From Planctomycetota bacterium (GTDB lineage Bacteria > Planctomycetota > B15-G4): 64,000 nt of DNA. Both the position numbers and the translations under genes were made by a program. Shown here piece after piece: positions 8,662-18,322 of this stretch. The notes below the pieces were generated by a model. That model searched no databases. It had not been told where the DNA came from and saw nothing but the letters and a program-made list of their open reading frames with translations. How positions within the stretch are numbered: position 1 is the first letter of the stretch; each line of letters begins with the position of its first letter. The stretch lies in assembly GCA_038212275.1 (NCBI GenBank), contig JBBQUR010000020.1, positions 25,288 through 89,287 of the forward strand, written 5' to 3'.

Positions 8662-11463
8662 TCAGTCGTCGGCTTCGCGGGCGAGGCGCACGCCGCGTTC
8701 GTCGCGCACCAGCGTCTCGGTGCCCAGCGAGTGCGCGAGCGACGGCTGGTCTTCCAGCACGACGTGCGGCGGCGCGGCGCGTTCCTCGGCGGCTTCCGCG
8801 GCAGGCACGCTGTCAGCCTGGAAGCCGCTGATCTGGCGCCAGCAGCGCGCGGGCTTGTCGCCGAAAATCAGCAGCAGGTCGTCCTTGCGGCCCATGGCCA
8901 GCGCGGCGGTGATGGCCTCCTGCTCGTCGGGAATCACGGCGATGCGCGCGGCCGGCACGCCCTGCGCGAGCAGCGTGTCGCGCAACATCTTCGGCACCTC
9001 TTCGGCGCCTCGCCCGCGCAGGTTGTCGTCGCGGCGCAGGATGTAGTGGTCGAACTTTCCCGCGCAGAGCGAGGCGATGGCGCGGATGTCCTCGTCACGC
9101 CGGTCGCCGGGCGCCGCGAGCACCAGCAGCTTGCGGCCCTTGGGCTCCATGCGCTGCACGAGGCTCACCATCGCCTGCACCGCCGCGGCGTTGTGGCCGT
9201 AGTCGAGGATCACCTTGAAGGGGTGGCCGTCGAAGATGTTCATGCGGCCCGGCGCCTGGAAGTACGTCGTGTCGAAGGTGCGCAGGCCGTGGCGGATGTC
9301 CTCCAGCTTGCGGTTCATGGAGAAGGCCATCGCCGCCGCAAACATCGCGTTCTGCACGTTGTGCAGCGCCTTGCCCTCCACCGTCGCCGGGATGAGGTGC
9401 GTCCACAGCAGCGGGATGTGCGCGCCCTTGTCGTAGAGCGTGATCATGTGGCCGTTCATGCCGGCCTCCAGCACCACCGCGCGGCCACCGCTGCGGATGT
9501 GCTCCTTCACCAGCGCGTGGGCCGGGTTCATCGTGACGTAGCAGACGTGCTTCGCCTCGGTGTAGTCGGCCATCTTGAGGCACAGGTCGTCGTCGGCGTT
9601 GAGCACCGCGGTGTCCGTCGCGACCTCGACGATGATGCGCTTGACCTCGGCAAGGTCCTCCAGCGTGTGGATGCCCTTGAGCCCAAGGTGATCGGACTGC
9701 ACGTTGAGCACGGCGCCGACGTCGTGCCTGGTGTAGCCGAGGCCCGAGCGCAGCAGCCCGCCGCGCGCCGCCTCCAGCACGGCCGCATCCACCGACGGAT
9801 CGCGCAGCACCATCCGCGCGGCCATCGGGCCCGTCATGTCGCCCTCCACCGTGAGGTGGCCGTCGATGTAGACGCCATCCGTGGTGGCGAGGCCGACGTG
9901 AAAGCCGGCCAGCTTGAAGATGTGCGCCAGCATGCGCGACGTGGTGGTCTTGCCGTTGGTGCCCGTGATGGCGGCGATGGGAATGCGGCTCGGGCTGCCG
10001 GGCGGAAAGAGCATGTCCATCACCGGGCCTGCCGCGTCGCGCGGCGTGCCTTCGGACGGCGCCACGTGCATGCGGAAGCCCGGCGCGGCATTCACTTCGC
10101 AGATCCCGCCGCGCGTCACCTTGTAGGACTGCGCGATGTCGGAGCAGAGGAAGTCGATGCCCGCGACGTCGAGGCCGATGGCCTTCGCGGCGCGCACGGC
10201 CATCTCGCGGTTGTCGGGGTGCACCTGGTCCGTGACATCCACCGCCGTGCCGCCCGTGCTCAGGTTCCCGGTGCTGCGCAGGTACACGACCTCGCCGGCC
10301 GGCGGCACGGTGTCGTGGCCGAAGCCTTTCTTGGCCAGCAGGCGCTCGGCCTGGTGGTCGAACTCCAGGCGCGTGAGCACCTTCTCGTGGCCGATGCCGC
10401 GGCGCGGATCCGCGTTGGTGATGTCCACGAGCTGCGCGATCGTGTGCTCGCCGTCACCCACGACGTGCCCGGGCACGCGCTTGGCCACCGCGATGAGCTC
10501 GCCGTTCACGACGAGCATGCGGTGATCGAAGCCGGTGATGAAGCTCTCCACGATGACGGTGCGGCTGTGTTCCTGCGCCTGTGCGAAGGCCGTGGCGATC
10601 GCGTCGTCCTCGGAGAGGTGGATGGAAACGCCGCGGCCGTGGTTCGCATCGAGCGGCTTGACCACCACCGGGTGCCCGATGCGCCGCGCCGCGCGCACCG
10701 CCTCGCCCGCACTGCGCACCGGAATCTGCCGCGGCACGGGCAGCCCGAGGTCCGAGAGAATGCGGTTGGTCTCCTCCTTGTCGGAAGCGATCGCGACGGC
10801 GATGTGCCGCGTCTCGCTGGTGACCGTCGCCTGGATGCGCTTCTGCAGCTTGCCGTGCCCGAACTGCACGAGGCTGTAGTTGTTGAGGCGCAGGTACGGG
10901 ATGCCGCGATCCCCGGCCGCCTTCACGAGCGACGCCGTGCTGGGCCCCAGCGCGCGCTTCTGCGCGAAACGGATGAAACCGTCGCGCGCCTCCGCGAAGT
11001 CGAAGGGCTCGCGTTCGGCGGCGACCTCCTTCGGCTGCAGTGCTGCCGGCAGCAGGTGATGCAGCACGGACAATGCCAGCTCGCCCGCAGCGACGCCGAT
11101 GTCCTCCTGCTCGTACTCGTAGACGACGTCGTAGACACCGTGGTCGCCGGAGCCGCGCGTCTTGCCGAAGGTCACGTGCGCGCCGGCCTCGTTCTGCAGC
11201 TCGATGGCGACGTGCTCGAGCACATGTCCCAGCCACGTGCCCTCGTTCTCGTGCAGCCGGCGCACGAAGCCGCCGGCCTCGCCGAAGCTGCAGCCGTGCT
11301 CGGCAAGTCCGGGCAGCAACGCGAGCAGCGACTCGGTGAACGGCCGCCCGAGCCGCGACGTGGGCCACGCTTCCAGCTCGCCGAGATCGACGCGCAGGCG
11401 CATCACCGGGAAGTGCGCATAGAGACTCGGGCCGATGTACACCGACGATTCGACGATCTTCAC
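8662..11463 (-). CDS. cphA: Cyanophycin synthetase CphA1
   Basis: N domain with C...GHVLEH, LGPSTASLV; ATP-grasp (VVKPLDANHGRGV, DHRMLVV, NLSTGG, EVNAAPGFRMH); Mur domain GTNGKTTT, DYGHN. GTG11463 start with GAGG upstream. Confidence 0.96.
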   Translation of the reverse strand: MKIVESSVYIGPSLYAHFPVMRLRVDLGELEAWPTSRLGRPFTESLLALLPGLAEHGCSFGEAGGFVRRLHENEGTWLGHVLEHVAIELQNEAGAHVTFGKTRGSGDHGVYDVVYEYEQEDIGVAAGELALSVLHHLLPAALQPKEVAAEREPFDFAEARDGFIRFAQKRALGPSTASLVKAAGDRGIPYLRLNNYSLVQFGHGKLQKRIQATVTSETRHIAVAIASDKEETNRILSDLGLPVPRQIPVRSAGEAVRAARRIGHPVVVKPLDANHGRGVSIHLSEDDAIATAFAQAQEHSRTVIVESFITGFDHRMLVVNGELIAVAKRVPGHVVGDGEHTIAQLVDITNADPRRGIGHEKVLTRLEFDHQAERLLAKKGFGHDTVPPAGEVVYLRSTGNLSTGGTAVDVTDQVHPDNREMAVRAAKAIGLDVAGIDFLCSDIAQSYKVTRGGICEVNAAPGFRMHVAPSEGTPRDAAGPVMDMLFPPGSPSRIPIAAITGTNGKTTTSRMLAHIFKLAGFHVGLATTDGVYIDGHLTVEGDMTGPMAARMVLRDPSVDAAVLEAARGGLLRSGLGYTRHDVGAVLNVQSDHLGLKGIHTLEDLAEVKRIIVEVATDTAVLNADDDLCLKMADYTEAKHVCYVTMNPAHALVKEHIRSGGRAVVLEAGMNGHMITLYDKGAHIPLLWTHLIPATVEGKALHNVQNAMFAAAMAFSMNRKLEDIRHGLRTFDTTYFQAPGRMNIFDGHPFKVILDYGHNAAAVQAMVSLVQRMEPKGRKLLVLAAPGDRRDEDIRAIASLCAGKFDHYILRRDDNLRGRGAEEVPKMLRDTLLAQGVPAARIAVIPDEQEAITAALAMGRKDDLLLIFGDKPARCWRQISGFQADSVPAAEAAEERAAPPHVVLEDQPSLAHSLGTETLVRDERGVRLAREADD

Positions 11464-11523
11464 GGGAGCGCGCACCTCGCACGGGGGCCGCGGGCCATGC
11501 CGGCCCGCCCGAAGGGGAGGCAC

Positions 11524-11552
11524 AGAATCCGGCCGGCGGGCCGCGCCGTCAA
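11524..11552 (-). promoter_or_regulatory. Putative sigma70 promoter of cphA (TTGACG-17-GATTCT)
   Basis: Near-consensus -35 and 17-nt spacer, 60 nt upstream of the start. Confidence 0.5.
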
Positions 11553-11571
11553 ATCCGCTGCCGCCCCGCGC

Positions 11572-12885
11572 TCACCCGCCGAGCCAGGTTTCGATGGCGC
11601 CGCGTTCGGCGGGCAGCAGGTAGGTGGCGGACTGCGTGTCGGCGAGGAGCTGCCTGCCCCAGCGCTTGCTGAACTCGTCGGGCGGCCCGGCCTCCATGCA
11701 GGCCTTGACCGCGACCGCCAGGCCGCGCGCGCCGAGCGATTCGCGCAGGTGCGCGACGACGGCGCCGGTCGCGCTGCTGTCGCGACCGAGCAGCGCCACG
11801 CGCACGCAGCACCGGCCGACCTCCTCGCGCACGTCCGCCGTCGCGCCGACCTCCGCAAGCGACTCCAGCCGATCTTTCAGATAGGCCGGGAGTTTCGGGC
11901 CGATGAGCAGGCGCGCCGCGCCGAAATTTCCGTCGCCGCAGAGCAGGTCGAAACCGCCGTCGCGCGCGAGCGCGAAGGCCAACCTGCCGGCCGGGTCGAA
12001 TTCCATGTGGCGTCGCACCTGCAGCGCGAAGGTGCCGGGCTGCCCCAACAACGCGCACAGCAACTGGATGTCCTTGAAGATGAACATGTCCTTGGAGTGC
12101 TGGTCGCCGTCGGAAATGGAGCGCTCCAACTCGGCCTGCAGAGCGGCGCGCGTGCCGTCGGGATCGACGGCAAGCAGGTCCGACCACATGTGCCCGAGAT
12201 AGACGCTCCGTACACCGAGGAACACGTGCGAACCGCGCGTGGCGTCCCAGACCTGGCGCGCACCGACCAATGCACGCTCGTGCTCGCGCAACGACGAGAA
12301 CAGCGAGACCACGGCAAGGCATCGGGCGATGGCCTCGGCATCGTGTTTCCCCTGGGCGGAGAACGAGTCGAGGTTTCCGTCGCCCAGTTCCGCCATGGCC
12401 ACGAACCCCGCCGCCTTGCCCAGCATCCCACCCACGCTGCCGCGCGGCAGCTCCGCCGGATCAAACAGCTCCACGCCATCCAGCTCGCCGCTCACGACGC
12501 CAGCCACCCAGAGGAAGACGCTGCCGTCCCATGCCTCGTTCCAGTAGAGCGCGAGCGGCTTGCGGCCTCTCCACGCGATGAGCGCCGGCGTGAAGGCGTC
12601 CGGCGCAAGGCCCGCGGGCGACGGTATCGCCACGCAGAGCGCGTTGCCGTCGATGAGCCGGCGCACGTCGGGCGCACACAGCGCCGCTTCCAGCTCCGCG
12701 TGGCGCGAGAGAATCGCGATGACCAGCGGCCCCTCCTCCGACGGTGCGCCCGGACCGAAGGCCGGGGCGACGGCGTGGTCCGCAGGCAGGTCGAGGACAA
12801 GATCACAGGCGTGCTGGGCGCGGGCAGCGGGGACCGCGCCGACGATCGCCCCCACGAGCAGGATCGCGAGACAACGTGCACGCAT
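11572..12885 (-). CDS. Hypothetical exported protein
   Basis: Signal peptide MRARCLAILLVGAIVGAVPAARA and protein-like composition; no family recognised. Confidence 0.6.
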   Translation of the reverse strand: MRARCLAILLVGAIVGAVPAARAQHACDLVLDLPADHAVAPAFGPGAPSEEGPLVIAILSRHAELEAALCAPDVRRLIDGNALCVAIPSPAGLAPDAFTPALIAWRGRKPLALYWNEAWDGSVFLWVAGVVSGELDGVELFDPAELPRGSVGGMLGKAAGFVAMAELGDGNLDSFSAQGKHDAEAIARCLAVVSLFSSLREHERALVGARQVWDATRGSHVFLGVRSVYLGHMWSDLLAVDPDGTRAALQAELERSISDGDQHSKDMFIFKDIQLLCALLGQPGTFALQVRRHMEFDPAGRLAFALARDGGFDLLCGDGNFGAARLLIGPKLPAYLKDRLESLAEVGATADVREEVGRCCVRVALLGRDSSATGAVVAHLRESLGARGLAVAVKACMEAGPPDEFSKRWGRQLLADTQSATYLLPAERGAIETWLGG

Positions 12886-12921
12886 GGGCAGCCCCCCGGT
12901 GAGTGCGGGCATCCTATCCTG

Positions 12922-13461
12922 CTACCCGAGGGGGTGCCGCAGCACTTCGCCGGTGAGCGTGTCGTCACCTATGGTGAGGTAGAGGTGGCCGCCGGTGACG
13001 GAAAGCGTGAAGGCCATGCGGCGCTTGAGGCGCGCCACGACGCCCGCGATGAGCGTGCGGTCGAGGCTGAGCAGCTCCACGGCCTCCGCGCGGTGGATCT
13101 TCTCGCCCTGCCACTGACGCACGAGCACGGCCGGGTCCTTGTGCGTGTAGATGACGACGCGCGGCGCGGCCTTGCTGGCCTTGTGCACGCGGCGCGCGTC
13201 CGGCGCGCCCACTTCGATCCACGCACGCAGCTGCCCGGTCAGGTCGCGCACGGTCAGCGCGGGGTCGTCGGGCTCGGAGAGTCCCTTGCCGAAGGCCAGT
13301 CCTTCCGTGAATTCCAGGCAATACGCCAGCACACGCGCGACGAGGAACTCCTCGGACTCCGACGGATGGCACGCGACGCGCAGCGCCAGCGCCTCGTAGA
13401 CGCCGCGATCGGCATCCGCGAGCTCGATGTCGAAGTTGAAGATGGTGGACGGATTGGCCAC
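12922..13461 (-). CDS. yaeQ: YaeQ family protein
   Basis: LADADRGVY, ACHPSESEE, RVLAYCL, FGKGLSEPDDPAL, WIEVGAPDARRVHKASKAA; GTG13461 start. Confidence 0.92.
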   Translation of the reverse strand: MANPSTIFNFDIELADADRGVYEALALRVACHPSESEEFLVARVLAYCLEFTEGLAFGKGLSEPDDPALTVRDLTGQLRAWIEVGAPDARRVHKASKAAPRVVIYTHKDPAVLVRQWQGEKIHRAEAVELLSLDRTLIAGVVARLKRRMAFTLSVTGGHLYLTIGDDTLTGEVLRHPLG

Positions 13462-13576
13462 GTACAGGACCGGAGAGTGCGGAGCGCGCCGCGATGCGCC
13501 GCGTCGCGGCGCCGACGGTTGTAACACCGCACCGGCCGGTTCGCGGCTGGTTCGCGGCCGTCGCGCGGGCCGCGCG

Positions 13577-14038
13577 TCAGCGCGGGCCGGCTTCGCGGTT
13601 GTCCTGCTCCAGCCGCTCGACATCCGCCAGATCCTGGAGTCGGCCCGCGGCGCGCTTGTTCGTGATGAGGTGCCGGCGGGAGAGCACGGCGACCGGCACG
13701 CTCCCGAAGCTGGTCATGACTCTTTCCGGCCATGCTGTCGCGAAGTCGATGCCATCGATGTCGGTGATGACATCGATGCGCAGAGGCGGCACGCCGATCT
13801 GGAAGATCAGACCGGGACGCGAGAGATCGCTCTGCGAGAGTCCCTGGATCGGGGCGCCGAAGTCGGCGAGTGCCCGCAACACGCGACCGGCATTCTCCTG
13901 ATCCGGTCGAACCCAGACATCGAGGTCCTTCGTCGCACGGACATGGCCGTGCGCTGCGAGCGCATGTGCGCCGACAATCAGGTAGTCAACGCGCTGCGCG
14001 TTGAACGCTGACAACAGATCGCTGAAGTCGCGGTTCAT
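13577..14038 (-). CDS. Small nucleotidyltransferase-fold protein (DUF6036-like)
   Basis: YLIVGAHALAAHGHVRATKDLDVWV (G...DxD), RIDVIT, NKRAAGRLQDLADV. Confidence 0.85.
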   Translation of the reverse strand: MNRDFSDLLSAFNAQRVDYLIVGAHALAAHGHVRATKDLDVWVRPDQENAGRVLRALADFGAPIQGLSQSDLSRPGLIFQIGVPPLRIDVITDIDGIDFATAWPERVMTSFGSVPVAVLSRRHLITNKRAAGRLQDLADVERLEQDNREAGPR

Positions 14039-14201
14039 CGCAGGATTCGAGCCCCCAGGAATTGCACAGCTGCGTCAGCATCCAGACAGCCTCGATCCGT
14101 TCTTCCATGGAAGCGTCCGCCCAGCTGTCGTCGGCCGGCCGGAGATCTCCGCGGCGCAGGACGCGGACGGTCACCGTGCGGCGTGAATCGCGATCCGTCA
14201 T
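13986..14201 (-). CDS. 71-aa partner protein, putative antitoxin-like
   Basis: W...SMEERIEAVWML...PRLQRSV pattern; overlaps the nucleotidyltransferase start by 53 nt; TG-n-TAGACT lies 6 nt upstream of the ATG. Confidence 0.7.
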   Translation of the reverse strand: MTDRDSRRTVTVRVLRRGDLRPADDSWADASMEERIEAVWMLTQLCNSWGLESCDEPRLQRSVVSVQRAAR

Positions 14202-14297
14202 GGCGCAAGTCTAACATGGCCAGGTCTGCATGCGCGCAGCGCCACCGGCGCACCGGCGCCTCTCCCGGCCTCCGCGCTTCCCGCGGAAGCGTCTCCG

Positions 14298-15707
14298 TCA
14301 GCGCCGGGCCTTCGCGATGCGCTCCACCTGCTCGAGGTAGCGTGCGACGTCCTCGTTGGGCTTCAGTTCCTGCGCGCGGCGCAGCAGCGGGACCGCGTCG
14401 GCATAACGGCCGAGACCGACGAGCACCCGCGCGTGGTAGATCCGCGCCTTGACCTCGAATTTCTCCAGGCTCTCGGCGCGCTCGTAGTAGAACATCGAGC
14501 GGTCGGGCTCGTTCGCGCTCGAGTAGTGCTGGCCGAGCAGCATGAGCACCTCGCCATCGAGCGGATCGAGCGCCAGGATCTCCTCGAGCACGTGGGCGGT
14601 CTCCGCGCTGCCGGGGCCGTCGGCCATGCTGATGCGCGCCTCGAGCTTGAGCAGCCGGCTCTTTTCGGCGTCGTCCAGACGCGCCTGCCAGGACGAGCGC
14701 ATGCGGGCGGCCACGAGCCAGGCCTGGGACAGCGCGCCGCGGGTCGCCAGCGCCTCCGCCGAGCTCATCGAGCGCGCGACCGGCTGTTCGGGATCCAGGT
14801 CGATGGCCCGCAGGTAGGCATTCACCGCGAGGTCCATGAGGTTCTCGCTGATGTAGATGTCGCCGAGCATGTAGAGGCTGTCCACCGTCGACTTGCCGAG
14901 GATGTCCATCGACTCGAGATTCTCGGCGGCGCGGATCGGCTGCTTCATGCCCAGGAAGGTGTTCGCCTGCAGCAGCCAGAACTTGGCGTTGTCCGGGTAG
15001 CGCACAATGAGCACGTCGAGCAGCGTGGCCGCGTCCTCGTACTTCTTCTGCTTGAAGGCGCAGGTCGTGAGGCCCAGGCGCCAGTCGGTGCTCTCCGGCT
15101 GCAGCAGCAGCGCGTTGCGGAAGGCCGCTTCGGCCGCCTGGTAATCCTGCTTGGCGGAGTAGACGGACCCGAGCAGGCCGTAGGAATAACCGTCGCCGCC
15201 GCCCAGCTCGATCATGCGCGTGAAGGCGGTGATCGCCTCGTCGTTGCGCCCGTCACGGGCATGGATGAGGCCGAGGTTGCGCCACGCGCGCCGGAAGCTC
15301 GGGAACTTCTCCACGGCCCGCGTGTAGTTGGCCAGCGCGTCGGCCATGCGGTCCTGCTGGAACTGGATGCTGCCCAGCGTGAAGTCCAGCATCGCGGAGC
15401 CGTCGGGCTTCATCTTCTTGATGAGCAGGGCCTCGGCGCCGGGCAGGTCGTCCGCCATGAGCGGCCGCACCGCCTCGAGGAGCTTGACCTCGTCGGGCGT
15501 GACGCGCGGCTCGATCTCCGCGTTGATACCGTACGTGCCGATGAACTGCTTCTGGAAGGTCGGGTCCTTCCAGATCGCCGCGATGTCGTCCTTGTCGTCC
15601 GCGCGGCAGGTGCCGGCCAGGGAGGCCAGGGCGAGCAGGGTTGCGGAGGCCGCGAGCGAAGCGCGGGTCGCGAAGCTGGAACGGTGCATGAGCGTCGGCA
15701 TGTGCAT
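14298..15707 (-). CDS. Exported TPR protein of the TonB module (TtpD-like position)
   Basis: Signal peptide and many TPRs (FPSFRRAWRNLGLI, YQAAEAAFRNALLLQP); directly follows tonB. Confidence 0.85.
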   Translation of the reverse strand: MHMPTLMHRSSFATRASLAASATLLALASLAGTCRADDKDDIAAIWKDPTFQKQFIGTYGINAEIEPRVTPDEVKLLEAVRPLMADDLPGAEALLIKKMKPDGSAMLDFTLGSIQFQQDRMADALANYTRAVEKFPSFRRAWRNLGLIHARDGRNDEAITAFTRMIELGGGDGYSYGLLGSVYSAKQDYQAAEAAFRNALLLQPESTDWRLGLTTCAFKQKKYEDAATLLDVLIVRYPDNAKFWLLQANTFLGMKQPIRAAENLESMDILGKSTVDSLYMLGDIYISENLMDLAVNAYLRAIDLDPEQPVARSMSSAEALATRGALSQAWLVAARMRSSWQARLDDAEKSRLLKLEARISMADGPGSAETAHVLEEILALDPLDGEVLMLLGQHYSSANEPDRSMFYYERAESLEKFEVKARIYHARVLVGLGRYADAVPLLRRAQELKPNEDVARYLEQVERIAKARR

Positions 15708-15712
15708 GGGTT

Positions 15713-16444
15713 TCAACTCGGTGGAAAGCGGACCGACACGCGCATCTTGCAGGGGACGCGCTGGCCGGCCTTGATGGCTGGTTCGAACTTCCAATTCTTC
15801 ACGGCGTCGAGCGCCGGTTTCTCGAAGGCAACGCCGTTGGACTTGTCGATGCGCGGGTTCTCGACCTTGCCGTTGCTGTCGACGACGAAGAGCACGGACA
15901 CGACGCCCTCGATCTTCTTGCCGCGCATCGACGAGGGAAACGTGGCCGCGGCCTGGTAGACGACGCGCGGCTGCTGATCGATTTCCGTGAGGCTGAAGGC
16001 GCTCTCCACGGCCTCGCCGACGACGCCGGCCTTGCCGGTGCCGCCGATGCGCCCGCCCGACGCGAAGTCGAGCGAGTCGGCGCCGAAGCCGGCATTGCCG
16101 CCGGCCGACTGGCCGGAGAGCGCCGCCTCGATCGCGCTGAGGCTCGCCGCTTCCAGCTCCGGCATGCTGGCGGCCGCGGAGACCTCCATGTTGCGGATCA
16201 TCTCGGCCGAGTCGGGAGCCTCCTCGGCGTCGGCCTTCAGTTCGTCTTCGTCCAGGGCCCGGTCCGCGGTCTGCTCGTCGGGCTTCTTCTCGTCGGTCGC
16301 CGCGTCGTCATCGCTCATCAGCTCCACCACGGTGTGCGTGGCGGGTCCCTTGTCGTCGTGCATGAAGAAGATCCCGCCGAAGAGCAGGACCGCGACGTGC
16401 AGCACGACGGCGCAGAGAATGCCGAGCGCGAGTCCGAACTTCAT
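15713..16444 (-). CDS. tonB: Energy transducer TonB
   Basis: N-terminal TM with His, C-terminal TonB domain (IEGVVSVLFVVDSNGKV, FEKPALDAVKNWKFEPA). Confidence 0.9.
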   Translation of the reverse strand: MKFGLALGILCAVVLHVAVLLFGGIFFMHDDKGPATHTVVELMSDDDAATDEKKPDEQTADRALDEDELKADAEEAPDSAEMIRNMEVSAAASMPELEAASLSAIEAALSGQSAGGNAGFGADSLDFASGGRIGGTGKAGVVGEAVESAFSLTEIDQQPRVVYQAAATFPSSMRGKKIEGVVSVLFVVDSNGKVENPRIDKSNGVAFEKPALDAVKNWKFEPAIKAGQRVPCKMRVSVRFPPS

Positions 16445-16869
16445 TTCTTGTCCGTGTTGATGCCGACCTTGGCGATGCCGCTCTTGCGCGCCTCATCGAG
16501 GACGGCGACCACGTGCTTGAAGTCGGCGCCGGCATCGCCGTTGATCAGCACCTTTGGGTCCTTGTTCGTGGACTTCAGCGTCGCCAGCTTGATGGGAAGC
16601 TGCGCGAGCGTGATCTTCTCCTTGTTGTAGAAGACCTCGCCCTTCGCGTTGATGCTGAGCGTGACGGCCTTGTCCATCTCGGCCTGGGTTCCCAGGGACG
16701 CCGCCGTGCTCGCACCCGGAAGCGGCACCTGGATGCCCTGATTCTTCGTCATCGACAGCGACACCATCACGAAGGTCGCGAGCAGGAAGAAGATGATGTC
16801 GATGAGCGGGATGATCTCGAGCCGCGCCTTCTTGACGCCTCCCGCGCTGCCGCCTCCTCCGCCGTGCAT
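16441..16869 (-). CDS. exbD: ExbD/TolR biopolymer transport protein
   Basis: IIPLIDIIFFLLATFVM with conserved Asp; INGD...VVAVLDEARKSG. Confidence 0.93.
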   Translation of the reverse strand: MHGGGGGSAGGVKKARLEIIPLIDIIFFLLATFVMVSLSMTKNQGIQVPLPGASTAASLGTQAEMDKAVTLSINAKGEVFYNKEKITLAQLPIKLATLKSTNKDPKVLINGDAGADFKHVVAVLDEARKSGIAKVGINTDKK

Positions 16870-16870
16870 C

Positions 16871-18322
16871 TCAGTGACTCCCAGCCAGCTGCGGGCGTGG
16901 CGCGGGAGGCGCCGGCGGCGTGGCCCGGGGAAGCGCCTCGCTCCCGGGCTGCAGCAGCAGTTCGAGCTGGGTGGCGGCCGACTCGATCTCGGCGCGCGCC
17001 TCCTCGAGCTTGGTGTTGAGGATGTTGAACGGGATGAGCGACGTGATCGCGATGCCGAGACCGAAGGCCGTCGCGATGAGCGCTTCCGCGATGCCGCCCG
17101 TGATCGCGCCCGGCGCGCTGAGGTCGCCGCCGATGAGCGCGAAGGACGCCATCATGCCGGTCACCGTGCCGAGCAGGCCGAGCAGCGGCGCGAGCGTGAT
17201 GACGGTGTCGAGGATCGGGATGCCGCGCCGGAAGCGCTTGAGCTCCGCGGCCTGGGCGTAGAGCACGGCGTTGGCCAGCGAGCCCTCCTTGTGGGACAGC
17301 GCGTAGGCCAGCGTGCGCACCACGTAGAACTTCGACTCGTTGCCGATGCGGATCGCCGCGTCCATGTCACCCCGTCCGGCGGCGGCGAAGAAGCTCTCCA
17401 TCGCCTTCGGGTCGCGCTTGCGGCGCGTGCCGAGCAGGAAGATGACGCGCTCGATGACCACGCCCAGCGCGATGATCGAGCAGATGAGCAGCGGCCACAT
17501 GATGGGACCGCCCTTCTCGAAGATGTGGATGAGGTTGGTCTTCTGGACCAGCTCCTTCAGCGCGCCGCCGCGCGACGGGTCGAGCGGCAGCGAGCCCGTG
17601 CCGCTCTCCACGAGGCCGGCAAGTCCCGCCTGCATCTGTCCCTCGAGCGGCCGGATGAGCGGCTTGGTCGACCCGGACTGCGGGATGACGAGGCCGGCCA
17701 TGCCCGTCGTCGCACGGAAGAGCGCGACCGGGCCGATGAGCGCGAACTGTCCGTCCACCACCGCGCCGGTCAGGTCCACGCCGACGCCCGGAAAGCGCAT
17801 GCCGCCGATGGCGTCGAAGAGCCGCTTCAGCGAGACGTCCACGAAGCTCGCCTGACGCGAGAAGCGCTCCGGCGGGGTGAGCGTCGTGTTCTCGGTGGCC
17901 TGCTTCGCGGTCTCGATCGCCTCGCCGCAGTACTGCAGTTCGCTGATGTTCACCTTGGACTCGAAGGTCCGCGCGTACTCGTCGAGCAGGTTGGCGATGT
18001 AGGACTGCTCGTCCTCGCGCGCCTTCATCTCGGCCTTGATCGTGGGAAGCTCGAGATTGCTCGAGTCGATGAGGCGCGAAACCTTGTCGTAGTCCTTGCG
18101 CAGCTGGCCGAGCTGCTCCTCGAGCCGGGTCAGCTCCTGCGCGAGCGGGAGCTTCTCGTTGGCGATGGTGTCACGCAGCGCGTTGAGCGCCGCCGTGCTC
18201 GTCGCAAGCTCCTGCGTCGCGGAACGCGAGACCTGCCCGAGCGTGTCGGAGGAAGCCGCGTCCTGGGCGCGGCTACCCGCCGCAAGGACGAGGATGACGA
18301 AGAGGCTGCTGAGAGTCTTCAT
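16871..18322 (-). CDS. exbB: Long ExbB/MotA/TolQ protein with periplasmic coiled-coil extension (TtpC-like)
   Basis: Signal peptide, coiled coil, LDPSRG, GGPIMWPL, APLLGLLGTVTGM, GGIAEALIATAFGL. Confidence 0.9.
   Translation of the reverse strand: MKTLSSLFVILVLAAGSRAQDAASSDTLGQVSRSATQELATSTAALNALRDTIANEKLPLAQELTRLEEQLGQLRKDYDKVSRLIDSSNLELPTIKAEMKAREDEQSYIANLLDEYARTFESKVNISELQYCGEAIETAKQATENTTLTPPERFSRQASFVDVSLKRLFDAIGGMRFPGVGVDLTGAVVDGQFALIGPVALFRATTGMAGLVIPQSGSTKPLIRPLEGQMQAGLAGLVESGTGSLPLDPSRGGALKELVQKTNLIHIFEKGGPIMWPLLICSIIALGVVIERVIFLLGTRRKRDPKAMESFFAAAGRGDMDAAIRIGNESKFYVVRTLAYALSHKEGSLANAVLYAQAAELKRFRRGIPILDTVITLAPLLGLLGTVTGMMASFALIGGDLSAPGAITGGIAEALIATAFGLGIAITSLIPFNILNTKLEEARAEIESAATQLELLLQPGSEALPRATPPAPPAPRPQLAGSH

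Noticed and set aside
8419..13524. 1701-aa + strand ORF, and similar long ORFs at 19182-22589, 23013-25841, 32143-34986, 38610-42041 and 55387-59031
   Set aside because: Antisense shadows of genes with clear motifs; expected at this GC content and lacking domain signatures.
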